64,000 nucleotides of DNA from Minisyncoccota bacterium (GTDB taxonomy: Bacteria > Patescibacteriota > Minisyncoccia > Phycocordibacterales > UBA6065). Made by a program: the position numbers and the translations under genes. The notes beneath the pieces were generated by a model that saw only the letters and a program-made list of their open reading frames with translations, made no database searches and was not told where the DNA came from. Of the stretch, positions 1-8,418 are shown piece after piece. The stretch is from NCBI GenBank assembly GCA_041661645.1, contig JBAZUA010000002.1, positions 19,670-83,669 of the forward strand, written 5' to 3'. The number at the start of each line of letters is the position of its first letter. Position 1 is the first letter of the stretch.

Positions 1-177
1 TCTTGTTTATTGGCATTGTGCTTGTCTATAACCCCTAGTCATTAATGTAAAAATGCGACTAGTATGTAGTCTCGTGGGGTTTAGATGAAGCCTTGTAGGA
101 AACAGCCTTAAAACCGGCAGAGAGTTAGTTATGTGGCTATTATATACCTAAATTAGGCTACTGTCAACGTTAATCGC

Positions 178-1209
178 TTAATTGAATATGAGCTCAATCG
201 CGCCCGTCGTGTATGAGGTCAGGTCGGTTGCCGTCTGGGTGAGACCGGTGTATCCGGCGCCCCCTCCGCCCCCTCCGCCTCCGCCTGAAGCGCTTGCCGA
301 TCCTGTAATCGCCGCCACGTTGCCTGAGGCGCCTCCGCCGTACCCCCCGCCTCCCCCCGCGCCGTTCGGCATGTTGCCCAGTCCGGGGAAGTAGAGTGTC
401 CCTCCCGCGCCTCCCGTCCCCCCGCCTCCGCCGTACCCACCTCCGTTGTTTCCGTTGTAAGCAGTGCTTTTCCTGATGCCGCCCACGCCGTCATGCCCCC
501 CAAAGCCCTTGTCGGAGACAGTGCTTCCTCCGTTTGCTCCGGCGATGCCGATACCCCCTCCGCTACCCCCAAAGGTGGCGACGGTCGTGGCGGCGCCACC
601 TCCTCCAACGGTCGCCCACACGTTGGCGACGCTCAGGTTGCTCACGTGGGAGCCCCCTCCTCCGATGCGTTGGGCGAGGGTTGTCACCGTGGTGCCTCCG
701 GATATGAACTTCATCAGTATCTGGTTGCCGGCCGTAACATTGAAGGTTGCCGTAGACATTCCGCCATTTCCTCCATAGCCGACCGACGCTCCTCCGTTGT
801 CACCGCCCTTTCCGCCCTTCAGCTGCACGGTCATCGTGGTTGCGCCCAGGGGGACCAGGATGGTCACCCCTCCGCCACCGGCCGCAACCGATCCGGCCGG
901 GGCTGACTGCCCGTTGACCCAGAGGATGGTCGCTATCGGCCCACAGGGCGCGAGCACGACGTTTGGGGCATTGTTTCTGAATAGGCTCCACTCGTTCGAG
1001 GTCTTGGTCGGCACGAAGATGTCCTTCGAGTTGTTGTTTATGACCTTCTTGCACACGCTGAACTCGTTGACGGTGAGGTTGCCTCCCGTCTTTGTCACCT
1101 GATATGACGTGGCGGCAAGGGCGATGCCCGATAATGCCAGTGCGGACAGGATGAGGACGAGAACGGGCGACGTCCTGACGAAAGCCCTTATCGTTTTTGC
1201 GTAGATCAT
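178..1209 (-). CDS. Glycine-rich secreted/membrane-anchored protein. It has an N-terminal signal-anchor followed by long GGxGG-type Gly-rich low-complexity tracts.
   Basis: ATG-started ORF of 343 aa. The N-terminal hydrophobic segment (VLVLILSALALSGIALA) is followed by a Cys-containing domain and then extended Gly/Ala/Thr/Ser-rich repeats. I recognise no catalytic motif. Confidence 0.5.
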   Translation of the reverse strand: MIYAKTIRAFVRTSPVLVLILSALALSGIALAATSYQVTKTGGNLTVNEFSVCKKVINNNSKDIFVPTKTSNEWSLFRNNAPNVVLAPCGPIATILWVNGQSAPAGSVAAGGGGVTILVPLGATTMTVQLKGGKGGDNGGASVGYGGNGGMSTATFNVTAGNQILMKFISGGTTVTTLAQRIGGGGSHVSNLSVANVWATVGGGGAATTVATFGGSGGGIGIAGANGGSTVSDKGFGGHDGVGGIRKSTAYNGNNGGGYGGGGGTGGAGGTLYFPGLGNMPNGAGGGGGYGGGASGNVAAITGSASASGGGGGGGGGAGYTGLTQTATDLTSYTTGAIELIFN

Positions 1210-1266
1210 AATGATTGTTGTGCTGGGATAATCATATCATCTCGTGGATCAAAACGGTCATGTCAG

Positions 1267-2241
1267 CTACTGGGTCGCGTATTTCACGAGCTCGCCTATT
1301 TGCAGGGCTATGAAGGCGAGATAGAAGACCAGGAGCACTCCGCCCTCGCGCCTTGTCAGCTTTGAGTCCGATCGGGCGAACAGGAAGAAGACGACGAGGC
1401 CGATGACGAGAAGGATGGTGGTCGAGGTGGTCTCGCCGGTGTTGAAGAGGAAGGCCCCGCTCGCGAAGGGCAGCATGCCGAATATGAAGGTGTTCACGGC
1501 CGATGATCCGATATAGTCGCCGAAGGCCACGTCGGAATGATTCTTGATGACGGACCTGATTGCCACCGTGAACTCGGGGATGTTGGTGCCAAGCGACAGG
1601 AGCAGGAGGCCGACCAGGGACGTCGGCGCGCCGAAGAGCAGGGCAAAGAAGACCGCCTGGTCGACGAGGACCTTTGAGGCGAAAAAGATCATCACGCCGC
1701 CGAGGAGTATGCGCCCGATGTCGGTGATGAGGGGGCGTTTGATGTCGAAAGGCCTCTTGACTGCCGCCGTGTCGGGTATGTCCTGCTTCTGGCGATAGAT
1801 CGAATAGACGAGGGTTATGTAGACGAGTATGGAGACGAGCCCGTCGACGCGCGTCACGTTGCCGTCGATGACGAGGAGCGCCGGCAGGGCGACGGTGGTG
1901 AGGGCGAGGAGCAGGTTCCGGCGCGACAGGGTATTTCGCAGCTCTATCTTGCCCGCGAGCACGGCGAGCAGGGGAACGATGAAGAGGAGCACGACGAATG
2001 ACCCGCCGATCAGGTTGCCGACGGACACCTCGGGCACGCCTTTGAGGGTTGCGTTGGTGGCGACCGAGAACTCGCTGATTGATGTGAGGAAGCCGAGAAG
2101 GAAGAACGCGGCGGTAAAGCCTGTTTTTTTAAAGCGTCGGGCGAGGTGGGTGACCGATTCGATGAGGACTCCCGCGAAGTACCAGACTATGCCGATGGAC
2201 GAGACGAAGAGGAATATGTTGACGAGGGTGGTGGAGCTCAT
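1267..2241 (-). CDS. Na+/Ca2+ exchanger (CaCA/YrbG family) membrane protein.
   Basis: Polytopic membrane ORF with two alpha-repeat-like signatures: GNLIGGSFVVLL after the first hairpin, and GTNIPEF...GDYIGSSAVNTF in the second half. These are typical of cation/Ca2+ exchangers. Confidence 0.6.
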   Translation of the reverse strand: MSSTTLVNIFLFVSSIGIVWYFAGVLIESVTHLARRFKKTGFTAAFFLLGFLTSISEFSVATNATLKGVPEVSVGNLIGGSFVVLLFIVPLLAVLAGKIELRNTLSRRNLLLALTTVALPALLVIDGNVTRVDGLVSILVYITLVYSIYRQKQDIPDTAAVKRPFDIKRPLITDIGRILLGGVMIFFASKVLVDQAVFFALLFGAPTSLVGLLLLSLGTNIPEFTVAIRSVIKNHSDVAFGDYIGSSAVNTFIFGMLPFASGAFLFNTGETTSTTILLVIGLVVFFLFARSDSKLTRREGGVLLVFYLAFIALQIGELVKYATQ

Positions 2242-2401
2242 GTGTTTTTTTGTTGGGTCAAGTATATCAAATAGCGTTTGATTAGGGCATATCTAAGCCT
2301 GGTTTGCCGCGTTTGAGTTTTCTCGGTGGGCGAGTTAGGATGTCCGGTAGGGTCCCGTTCTCGGTGCATATGGCATGCTACTGGGGACAGCCTCGTTAAA
2401 A

Positions 2402-2628
2402 ACGTGGTCCAGAGTCTATGAGTCGTGTCGGCGGGCGGCCTTGTCATGGGGCGTTAGGTTCCTTCACCATGTGGGGGATAGGTGCCCTCTGCCAAGGGGG
2501 TGTCAATTATCGGTCAGGGCTTGCATCGCCTCTCGGCGTTCTTGTTCTCTCTGGTCTGTGCAGCACAACCAAGAATCCCTGTACCTCAGCGCAATAGTCT
2601 CGTTGTCGGCATGTCTCTCTGGACCACG
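2402..2628 (+). ncRNA. Candidate retron msr/msd non-coding RNA, delimited by an a1/a2 inverted repeat pair upstream of the RT.
   Basis: acgtggtccagag at 2402-2414 is the exact reverse complement of ctctggaccacg at 2617-2628 on the same strand. This 12-bp a1/a2-like pair encloses about 200 nt of non-coding, structured sequence and ends about 75 nt before the RT start codon. A further hairpin (gcaagcg...cgcttgc) lies at 2640-2664. The whole 2242-2703 intergenic region has no credible ORF. Confidence 0.45.
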
Positions 2629-2703
2629 CTGACTTTCGGCAAGCGATCCCTCGGGACGCTTGCTTTTTCTTTTTCCAGGGCCTAATGTCAGGGAAATTGA
2701 TCT

Positions 2704-3612
2704 ATGAAAACAAATATCTCTGTTCCTGCTTTCAGGATGTTCAGGTTCCGGGATTTGAATCCCGTAAGCAAGCGAGTCAAGGTTCGTGTCATCGGCTCGC
2801 CAAACGAGGCCATGAGGGTCGTGCACAGGCATTTTATCGAGCATCTGCGAGACCTTGAGATAGACATGCCGAGCGCCACGGCCTGTCGTGAGGGGAGTTC
2901 CGCCGTGAAGAGCGTCATGAGGCACCTCAAGAGGGGACGGCGGTCCTTCAATAGGTATGTGGTGCTGCTCGACATCAGCTCGGCGTATCAGTCGGCGCGC
3001 ATCGACAGGATGTTGGACGCCCTCGCGAGCGTCAGTCCAGACATCGCGGCATCCAAGGATGAGACCAGGGAATTTCTTCTCGCCAACTTCTTCGATGAGG
3101 GTGGCGGGCTCGTCACGGGAGGCCCTGCTTCACCTGATCTGTTCAACATCTACTGCGAGGTTCACATTGATCGGACTCTGAGGGCGCTCTGTGCCGGGCA
3201 CGGCATCGTCTATACGAGATACCTCGATGACCTGATGTTCTCGTCTCGGACTCCCATCGGACACAGGAAGCGACAGTCCCTGCGTGCCGTCGTCGAGTCC
3301 GTCGGCTTCCGCATCAGCGACAGGAAGGCCGAGACCATCGACTTGCGCAAGGGTGCGGCCGTGGTGAACGGTGTCGGCCTAACGCTGGAAGGCAGGCTGT
3401 TCCTGCCCGGCCACATGTTGCGGAACATTCGGGGGCTTCTCCATGTTGGCCTTACTAAGGGCACAGTCAAGCCGTCGATTATTCACGGCAAGATGGGCTT
3501 GCTTGGCGGCATCATCCGGTTCAATGCAGGAAAGACGGAATCTGAGAAGCGCGTCATACAGATGTATCGAGAGTATCAGCGTCTGCAACGCGCAAGGCGA
3601 GCCGGCCAGTAG
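2704..3612 (+). CDS. Retron-type reverse transcriptase (RT domain only, 302 aa).
   Basis: RT motifs are read directly. Motif A-like is LLDISSAYQSARIDRM. The QGxxxSP motif appears as LVTGGPASPDLFNIY. The YxDD box appears as YTRYLDDLMFS, compared with retron Ec86 YTRYADDLTLS. A downstream VNGVGL segment corresponds to the retron VTG region. The size and the N-terminal NxxxH region fit retron RTs rather than group II intron or DGR RTs. Confidence 0.75.
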   Translation: MKTNISVPAFRMFRFRDLNPVSKRVKVRVIGSPNEAMRVVHRHFIEHLRDLEIDMPSATACREGSSAVKSVMRHLKRGRRSFNRYVVLLDISSAYQSARIDRMLDALASVSPDIAASKDETREFLLANFFDEGGGLVTGGPASPDLFNIYCEVHIDRTLRALCAGHGIVYTRYLDDLMFSSRTPIGHRKRQSLRAVVESVGFRISDRKAETIDLRKGAAVVNGVGLTLEGRLFLPGHMLRNIRGLLHVGLTKGTVKPSIIHGKMGLLGGIIRFNAGKTESEKRVIQMYREYQRLQRARRAGQ

Positions 3613-3628
3613 TTACTGGCCGGCTTTT
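3601..3628. terminator. Bidirectional intrinsic terminator between the convergent RT and ABC-F genes.
   Basis: GC-rich perfect hairpin gccggccagtagttactggccggc followed by a T-run. Confidence 0.6.
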
Positions 3629-5078
3629 ATTTATCCAAATCCAGGGTCTCGTCGACGCGGATTTTCGCCACGAACTCGGGCACGTGGGAGACGAGTATCA
3701 TTGCCCCCTGATAGTCGTGCAATGCCTGGGCGATGACGGGAAGGTGACGGAAGTTGATGTGGTTGGTCGGCTCGTCGAGTATGAGTAGCCCTGGCTTCTC
3801 GAGGACGAGGCGGGCGAAGGCCACGAGGCCCTTCTGTCCCTCTGACAGGCTACCGATCTTTGTGCCCATCATCTCGGGCGTGATGAGGAATCCCGCGGCC
3901 ACGGCGCGCATTGTCTCCTCGCTTTTCTTTTCAGTCACCTCGATGAGCGAGTCGTGCACGGTGTCGTTGAAGTCGAGGGTGGAGAAGTCTTGCCTGTAAT
4001 ATCCGACGCGGATGCCCGGGGTGATAATCGATCCCTCGGACGTGCCCTTGGCGATGGCCTCGAGCAGGGTGGACTTGCCGATGCCGTTCGGGCCCTTCAG
4101 TATGAGGTGCTTGTTGCGCTTGAGGACGAGATTCGTCTTGCGCTCGGTCGCCTTGTGGTCGCGTATGACCTTGTAGGAGACGATCTTGATGATCTCGCCG
4201 ACGAATTCCGGCTGAGAGGGGATGGTGAAGGCGCGTATGGTCTTATCCTCCTTGCGCACGTCCACCTTCTGTTCCTCGAGCTCCTCGGCCTTCTCTCGCA
4301 TCCTCTTTGCCACGAGTCGCATCTGGCCTCCCTTGTTGGCGAACATGTTGGCCTGGTCCTTGTTGTCCTGAATCTCCTTGGCGAGGCGGGCGTTCTTCAT
4401 GTTCTCGCGCTCGATTCGCTTCGAGATCTCGCCGACCACGTCAAAGTAGTTGCCGGCATATTGCTCGATCTTCTTGGTGAAGACGTCGAGGTAGAGGACG
4501 CCGTCAGTGAAGGAGTTGAGGAACTCGGCGTCGTGGGATATGACGACCACGGTCTTCTTGTAGTTCTTGAGAAAGTGGGTGAGGTGCTCGATGCCGGCAT
4601 GGTCGAGGTTGTTTGTCGGCTCGTCGAGGAGGAGCAGGTCGGGATTCTGTATGAGGGCCGAGGCGAGGAGCAGTCGTGCCTGCTGTCCGCCCGAGAACGA
4701 TCGCACGATGCGATCGTGGGGGGCCTTGAAGTTCACTGCCTCGAGCACGTCGTCGATGCGCGGGTCTATGTCGTATATCTTCTTGTCGAAGCACTTCTCG
4801 AAGAAGGCGCGGACGGTGAGGTCGAGGTCATCGCGGGGGATGACCTGTCGCGCGGTCGCCATGGTCATGCCCTGGGCGCGGTTTATGGTGCCCGACTCCG
4901 GCTTTGACTCGTCGGCGATGAGGCCGAAGAGGGTGGACTTGCCCGCGCCGTTCTGTCCCATGAGGGTCACCTTCATTCCGCGACGTACGGAAAAGCTCGT
5001 CTCGACGAGGATCGGCTTGTTGTGGCCGTATTCGAAGGAGACATTGTCGAAGCTGAGTATCGTGTCGTTTTTCGCCAT
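3627..5078 (-). CDS. ABC-F family ATPase with two ABC cassettes and no transmembrane domain. Probably a translation factor of the EttA/Uup/YbiT type.
   Basis: Two Walker A motifs (GQNGAGKST and GPNGIGKST), two signature motifs (LSGGQQARL and LSEGQKGLV) and two Walker B motifs (LLLLDEPTN and LLILDEPTN), separated by a charged linker. Confidence 0.8.
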   Translation of the reverse strand: MAKNDTILSFDNVSFEYGHNKPILVETSFSVRRGMKVTLMGQNGAGKSTLFGLIADESKPESGTINRAQGMTMATARQVIPRDDLDLTVRAFFEKCFDKKIYDIDPRIDDVLEAVNFKAPHDRIVRSFSGGQQARLLLASALIQNPDLLLLDEPTNNLDHAGIEHLTHFLKNYKKTVVVISHDAEFLNSFTDGVLYLDVFTKKIEQYAGNYFDVVGEISKRIERENMKNARLAKEIQDNKDQANMFANKGGQMRLVAKRMREKAEELEEQKVDVRKEDKTIRAFTIPSQPEFVGEIIKIVSYKVIRDHKATERKTNLVLKRNKHLILKGPNGIGKSTLLEAIAKGTSEGSIITPGIRVGYYRQDFSTLDFNDTVHDSLIEVTEKKSEETMRAVAAGFLITPEMMGTKIGSLSEGQKGLVAFARLVLEKPGLLILDEPTNHINFRHLPVIAQALHDYQGAMILVSHVPEFVAKIRVDETLDLDK

Positions 5079-5139
5079 GTCTAAAGAGATTACCCTAATA
5101 AAGGCATTAGGGCAAAGTTAGATAGGCGAGGGGCGATGA

Positions 5140-5291
5140 TTACGCTATCGGATTCTGCCCGCGGATGATCCTGACGAGGAACATTACGACGGCGATAACG
5201 AGGAGGATGTGGATGAATGATCCGATGGTGTAACCGGTCACTATTCCGAGAAGCCAGAGAACGAGAAGTATTATTGCAATTGTTGTAAGCA
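5140..5291 (-). CDS. Small membrane protein of the lmo0937 family type (about 50 aa).
   Basis: My own translation: MLTTIAIILLVLWLLGIVTGYTIGSFIHILLVIAVVMFLVRIIRGQNPIA. It is below the 60-aa cutoff of the supplied ORF track. It matches the typical lmo0937-family pattern (LLVLWLLG...HILLVIA...RG). Confidence 0.45.
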
Positions 5292-5314
5292 TGCACCCAT
5301 TGTACTCCTGTCGC

Positions 5315-5485
5315 CTACATCATGCGACTGAGCCTGTACCCGAGCCAGATGCCCGCAAAGCCGCCGACGGCCGCAAGGACGGTCGCCCACATCGAGAACG
5401 CACCGTCTCCCCAGATGGAGGGAAGGAATCCGCCGATGGCCGAGCCGATCGCCATGCATATGTATATGAGAGTCTTTCTGCTCAT
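5315..5485 (-). CDS. Small membrane protein, GlsB/YeaQ/YmgE-like (56 aa).
   Basis: My own translation: MSRKTLIYICMAIGSAIGGFLPSIWGDGAFSMWATVLAAVGGFAGIWLGYRLSRMM. The Gly-rich transmembrane helices are typical of the transglycosylase-associated (YeaQ) family. It is in a different frame from the GC-biased track ORFs that overlap it. Confidence 0.35.
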   Translation of the reverse strand: MSRKTLIYICMAIGSAIGGFLPSIWGDGAFSMWATVLAAVGGFAGIWLGYRLSRMM

Positions 5486-5556
5486 TGGCTTTTAGTATAG
5501 CAAATGCCGCGGTCAACATGAAAAAAAGGCGCTTCGCTCGCGCGGGCGCCCTCTGT

Positions 5557-5874
5557 CTATCTCAGTCCGCGGCACTCCCTGATGAGCCTGATGAGGTTGT
5601 GGACGTTCTCCGGAACGATTCGATCCGTGACGATGGTCCTGGGATAGTTGTGCGCTATATCGAGGCGCAGGCCGTCCTCGCTGCCGGGTCGGACGAAGTC
5701 CTTGATGAAATCCATGCCCCCTCGCGGTTTGATGTATCGGTAATAGGGGTCAGGGTACTCCGCCTCTATCACGATGGAATCATCGATTCTCGAGCTGCAA
5801 TACAGGGTCAGGTCCCGAAACGAGGCGAACCACGTCGGCGGGTTGACGAGCTGGTCACGTATGATGAGCGTCAT
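5557..5874 (-). CDS. Hypothetical protein (105 aa).
   Basis: ATG-started ORF with balanced composition. It overlaps the N-terminal part of the long plus-strand ORF 5485-6321, which has an R/A/V-rich composition typical of antisense GC-bias artefacts. Confidence 0.35.
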   Translation of the reverse strand: MTLIIRDQLVNPPTWFASFRDLTLYCSSRIDDSIVIEAEYPDPYYRYIKPRGGMDFIKDFVRPGSEDGLRLDIAHNYPRTIVTDRIVPENVHNLIRLIRECRGLR

Positions 5875-5991
5875 AGGTCCTTTGTTGAGGTTTCTGTTCG
5901 GTTTGAGTTGAATACTAGACCTCTTTCACCCCCAGTCAAGGGCCGTTTTTTGACAAAGCCCGCGAGCTTCTATACATTCAATAGCAGAACC

Positions 5992-6321
5992 ATGAAAACA
6001 TATGCACTGACAGTGATCTTGATTGCGATCTTCGTCGCGGCCATGTTGCCGCTTCTCGTCTCGAATTGGAAAAAGGGATCGGCTGCCCGCGCCCGTCAGA
6101 GACGACTCTCTTTCGTCAGGGACCAGATGTCCGTCATAGACAGGCTTATCTCCGAAGGCCGTCGCCAGCACGGCGACGACTGGATGAGTGGCCCACAGGG
6201 AAAGAACGTCGTCTTGGACAGATTCAGGCTTCATGAAGAGTATTGTGAGCTCGAGGGCCCCGACATCAGGGTTGAGGACCTTCGGATGAAGGAGCTCATG
6301 TCCTCGGCGGCGGGGCAGTGA
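5992..6321 (+). CDS. Hypothetical membrane-anchored protein (109 aa).
   Basis: An internal ATG in frame with track ORF 5485-6321 starts an N-terminal transmembrane helix (TYALTVILIAIFVAAMLPLLV). An intrinsic terminator follows immediately. Confidence 0.4.
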   Translation: MKTYALTVILIAIFVAAMLPLLVSNWKKGSAARARQRRLSFVRDQMSVIDRLISEGRRQHGDDWMSGPQGKNVVLDRFRLHEEYCELEGPDIRVEDLRMKELMSSAAGQ

Positions 6322-6337
6322 CGGCGAAAACACAAAG

Positions 6338-6360
6338 CGGCACGCGAGTGCCGTTTTTTT
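6338..6360 (+). terminator. Rho-independent terminator.
   Basis: Hairpin cggcac-gcga-gtgccg followed by a T7 run. Confidence 0.65.
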
Positions 6361-6386
6361 CTTGCCGCGCCCAATGTCTCATCCCG

Positions 6387-7007
6387 CTATTTTGATTCCC
6401 CCACGTACTTTTTCTCCTTCCTCGACAGGAACCAGACGACTCCGGCGATCGAGGCGATGCCTATTGCTATCATGCTCACGCGCCCGGTCCACTTCTCGAT
6501 CTGCAGGAAGGCGTCGCCGAAGAAGTATCCGACGAACAGGTAAAGCGGTGCCCAGAGGAAGGCGCTCGTCACGTTCCAGAAGAGGAAGGAGCGCAAGGGC
6601 ATCTTTGAAAGCCCTGCAACGAAAGGGGTGATAGGGCGTATGATGCCGACGAACCTGCCGATGAAGACGCTTTTGCTGCCGTACTTGGCGAAAAAGGCCT
6701 TGCCTTTGTCGAGATGGCTTGCCTTCAGGAGCCTGTTCTCGTTTTTGAAGAACCTTTCGCCCTTGGTGCCGAGATAGTAGCTCACGCCGTCGCCCAGTAT
6801 CGCGCCGATGGCCGCGAACCAGATGAGGTCGCCTATGTCGAGATACCCTTGCGACGAGAAGAACCCCGCAGAGACGACGACGAGGGCACCGGGCACGAAT
6901 GCCCCCACCAGGGCGAGGGATTCGAGGAACGATATGAGGAAGACGAACCAATAGCCGAACATGCCGAGATGCTCGAAGGTGGGGAGTAGGTGGGCGAGGC
7001 TGTTCAT
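6387..7007 (-). CDS. DedA/SNARE-associated (TVP38) family membrane protein.
   Basis: LESLALVGAFVPG...GDGVSYYLG and the downstream hydrophobic core match the DedA family. Confidence 0.7.
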   Translation of the reverse strand: MNSLAHLLPTFEHLGMFGYWFVFLISFLESLALVGAFVPGALVVVSAGFFSSQGYLDIGDLIWFAAIGAILGDGVSYYLGTKGERFFKNENRLLKASHLDKGKAFFAKYGSKSVFIGRFVGIIRPITPFVAGLSKMPLRSFLFWNVTSAFLWAPLYLFVGYFFGDAFLQIEKWTGRVSMIAIGIASIAGVVWFLSRKEKKYVGESK

Positions 7008-7071
7008 GAGATTACCAGTATAGCAGAAAGGCCCATCGCTGGGCCTGTGTCCGCCTTCGCGCCGGGAAGCG

Positions 7072-7182
7072 CTACTTCTTCTTTGCCTTTCGCGCGGTGA
7101 TCCGTGCGTGCTTTACAGCGAGGCGCTTTGCGGTCTTGTGAGATCGCGACTTCTTTCCCTTTGAATTTGCTCTTTTTGCCAT
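7072..7182 (-). CDS. Very small, highly basic protein (36 aa) of unknown identity. It is ribosomal-protein-like in composition only.
   Basis: My own translation: MAKRANSKGKKSRSHKTAKRLAVKHARITARKAKKK. It lies between the DedA gene and the CxxC-x17-CxxC gene on the same strand. I recognise no family. Confidence 0.25.
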   Translation of the reverse strand: MAKRANSKGKKSRSHKTAKRLAVKHARITARKAKKK

Positions 7183-7219
7183 GTGTATATCTTATAGCTC
7201 TTTCGCTCAGAAAGCAAAA

Positions 7220-7801
7220 TTATTTCTTCTTTGGAGCGGCCTTTTTTGCGGCAGGCTTCTCGGCTTTGGCGACCTTTTCTACCTTTGGGGCGGTGACGAT
7301 TTTCGTCTCAGCCTTTGTCGCCTCTGCTTTTGGCGCAACAACAGTCTTTGCCTCGGGCTTCGAGCCCTCGAGCATCTTGATGAGCTTCTCGAGCTTGTAG
7401 TTCACGCTGTCCATCTGGACCTTGAGGTCGTCGATGCGCTTGTCGCCGCCCATAGGGGCAGGGGACTTGAAGAAGGGCTTTGGGGTGAACGAGGCGTCTC
7501 GCTGTGGGCGTGACCCTGACTCTGCCGCACCCTCGCTTCGCGCGAAGCATTCCTTGCAGTAGACGGGCTTTCGGCCGTTTGGCTTGAAGGGAACCTCGCA
7601 TGACTTTCCGCAGTCTGCGCAGATCGCCTGATGGAGTTCCATTGGTCGTCCGCCGCCGAATCCGCCGCGATCGCCGCCGCCAAAGCTTGGTCGTCCTCCG
7701 AAGCTCTTGCGAGGGGAGAATCCGCCGCGGTCATTGCCCCTTCCTCCGCCGAAGCTCGGTCGTCCGCCCCCGAATGCGCCCTTGTTTTTGAAATCGTTCA
7801 T
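7220..7801 (-). CDS. CxxC-x17-CxxC zinc-ribbon protein with Gly/Arg-rich N-terminal and Lys/Ala-rich C-terminal tails.
   Basis: The ribbon reads CADCGKSCEVPFKPNGRKPVYCKECF. Low-complexity FGGGR repeats and a C-terminal AKKAAPKKK tail flank it. Confidence 0.6.
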   Translation of the reverse strand: MNDFKNKGAFGGGRPSFGGGRGNDRGGFSPRKSFGGRPSFGGGDRGGFGGGRPMELHQAICADCGKSCEVPFKPNGRKPVYCKECFARSEGAAESGSRPQRDASFTPKPFFKSPAPMGGDKRIDDLKVQMDSVNYKLEKLIKMLEGSKPEAKTVVAPKAEATKAETKIVTAPKVEKVAKAEKPAAKKAAPKKK

Positions 7802-7922
7802 ATGTTAGTTTTTAGTTGAGTCCAATTATATCATTTTCTTAAAATATAGTCAATGTATGGGGGCGGATTATGATGTATAATGGCTGGATAATTTAGAAGA
7901 AGTCATTCAATCAACACATATA

Positions 7923-8414
7923 ATGAAGAAAGTTTTCACGTTCTTGGCGGCGCTGGCGGTGATAGGAGGAGGCGTATGGTTCACGACGAAGGGCAATGAC
8001 GAGAGCTTCGTGGTCCCTGCGGATAGCTCGGCGACCTCAAGCCCTGAGACCTCGACCCCCGCATCGGCAACCTCGACGGTGACGAACGCTCCCGCGGACA
8101 AGCCAAAGGCGACCCTTGCCTATAAGGACGGCGTCTATACCGCCGTCGGCACCTACGGATCCCCTGCGGGCGCCGAGAGCATCTCAATCACCCTCACCAT
8201 CAAGGACGACGTCGTGACCTCAGCTTCCGCCGTCAATCAGGCCCGAGACGACAAGTCCGTTCGATATCAGGACAAGTTCATCTCCGGATTCAAGGCGGCC
8301 GTCATCGGACAGGGCGTTGACTCTCTCAAGCTCACCAAGGTCTCTGGCTCGTCGCTCACCCCCGCCGGCTTCAATGCGGCGCTCGAGGTCATAAAGGTTC
8401 AGGCCAAGGCCTAG
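7923..8414 (+). CDS. Secreted FMN-binding domain protein, a likely flavinylation substrate.
   Basis: Signal peptide, Ser/Thr-rich linker and a C-terminal FMN_bind-like segment (VSGSSLTPAGFNAALEVIK). Confidence 0.6.
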   Translation: MKKVFTFLAALAVIGGGVWFTTKGNDESFVVPADSSATSSPETSTPASATSTVTNAPADKPKATLAYKDGVYTAVGTYGSPAGAESISITLTIKDDVVTSASAVNQARDDKSVRYQDKFISGFKAAVIGQGVDSLKLTKVSGSSLTPAGFNAALEVIKVQAKA

Positions 8415-8418
8415 TCAC

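Noticed and set aside
3954-4907. 317-aa plus-strand ORF inside the ABC-F gene. Similar long antisense ORFs occur inside pncB (44211-45278), nadE (46609-47529), the kinase gene region (49696-50718), the retron RT region and 51668-52801.
   Set aside because: They are fully embedded antisense to genes with clear conserved motifs. Their composition is extreme (Leu/Val/Gly/Arg-rich) and they lack start context. They are GC-bias artefacts.
3627-5078. ABC-F ATPase as the missing retron effector.
   Set aside because: It is convergent to the RT, separated by a strong bidirectional terminator, and belongs to a housekeeping translation-factor family that is not known as a retron partner.
5485-6321. Long plus-strand ORF of 278 aa spanning 5485-6321.
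   Set aside because: Its first roughly 500 nt are antisense to a better-looking minus-strand ORF (5557-5874) and have the R/A/V/D-rich composition typical of spurious frames in GC-rich DNA. Only the last third, from the ATG at 5992, is kept as a gene.
7029-7046. Hairpin aggccca-tcgc-tgggcct between the DedA gene and the small basic gene, as a terminator.
   Set aside because: It has no adjacent T-run on either strand. It may be a weak or protein-dependent terminator, so it is not listed as a feature.
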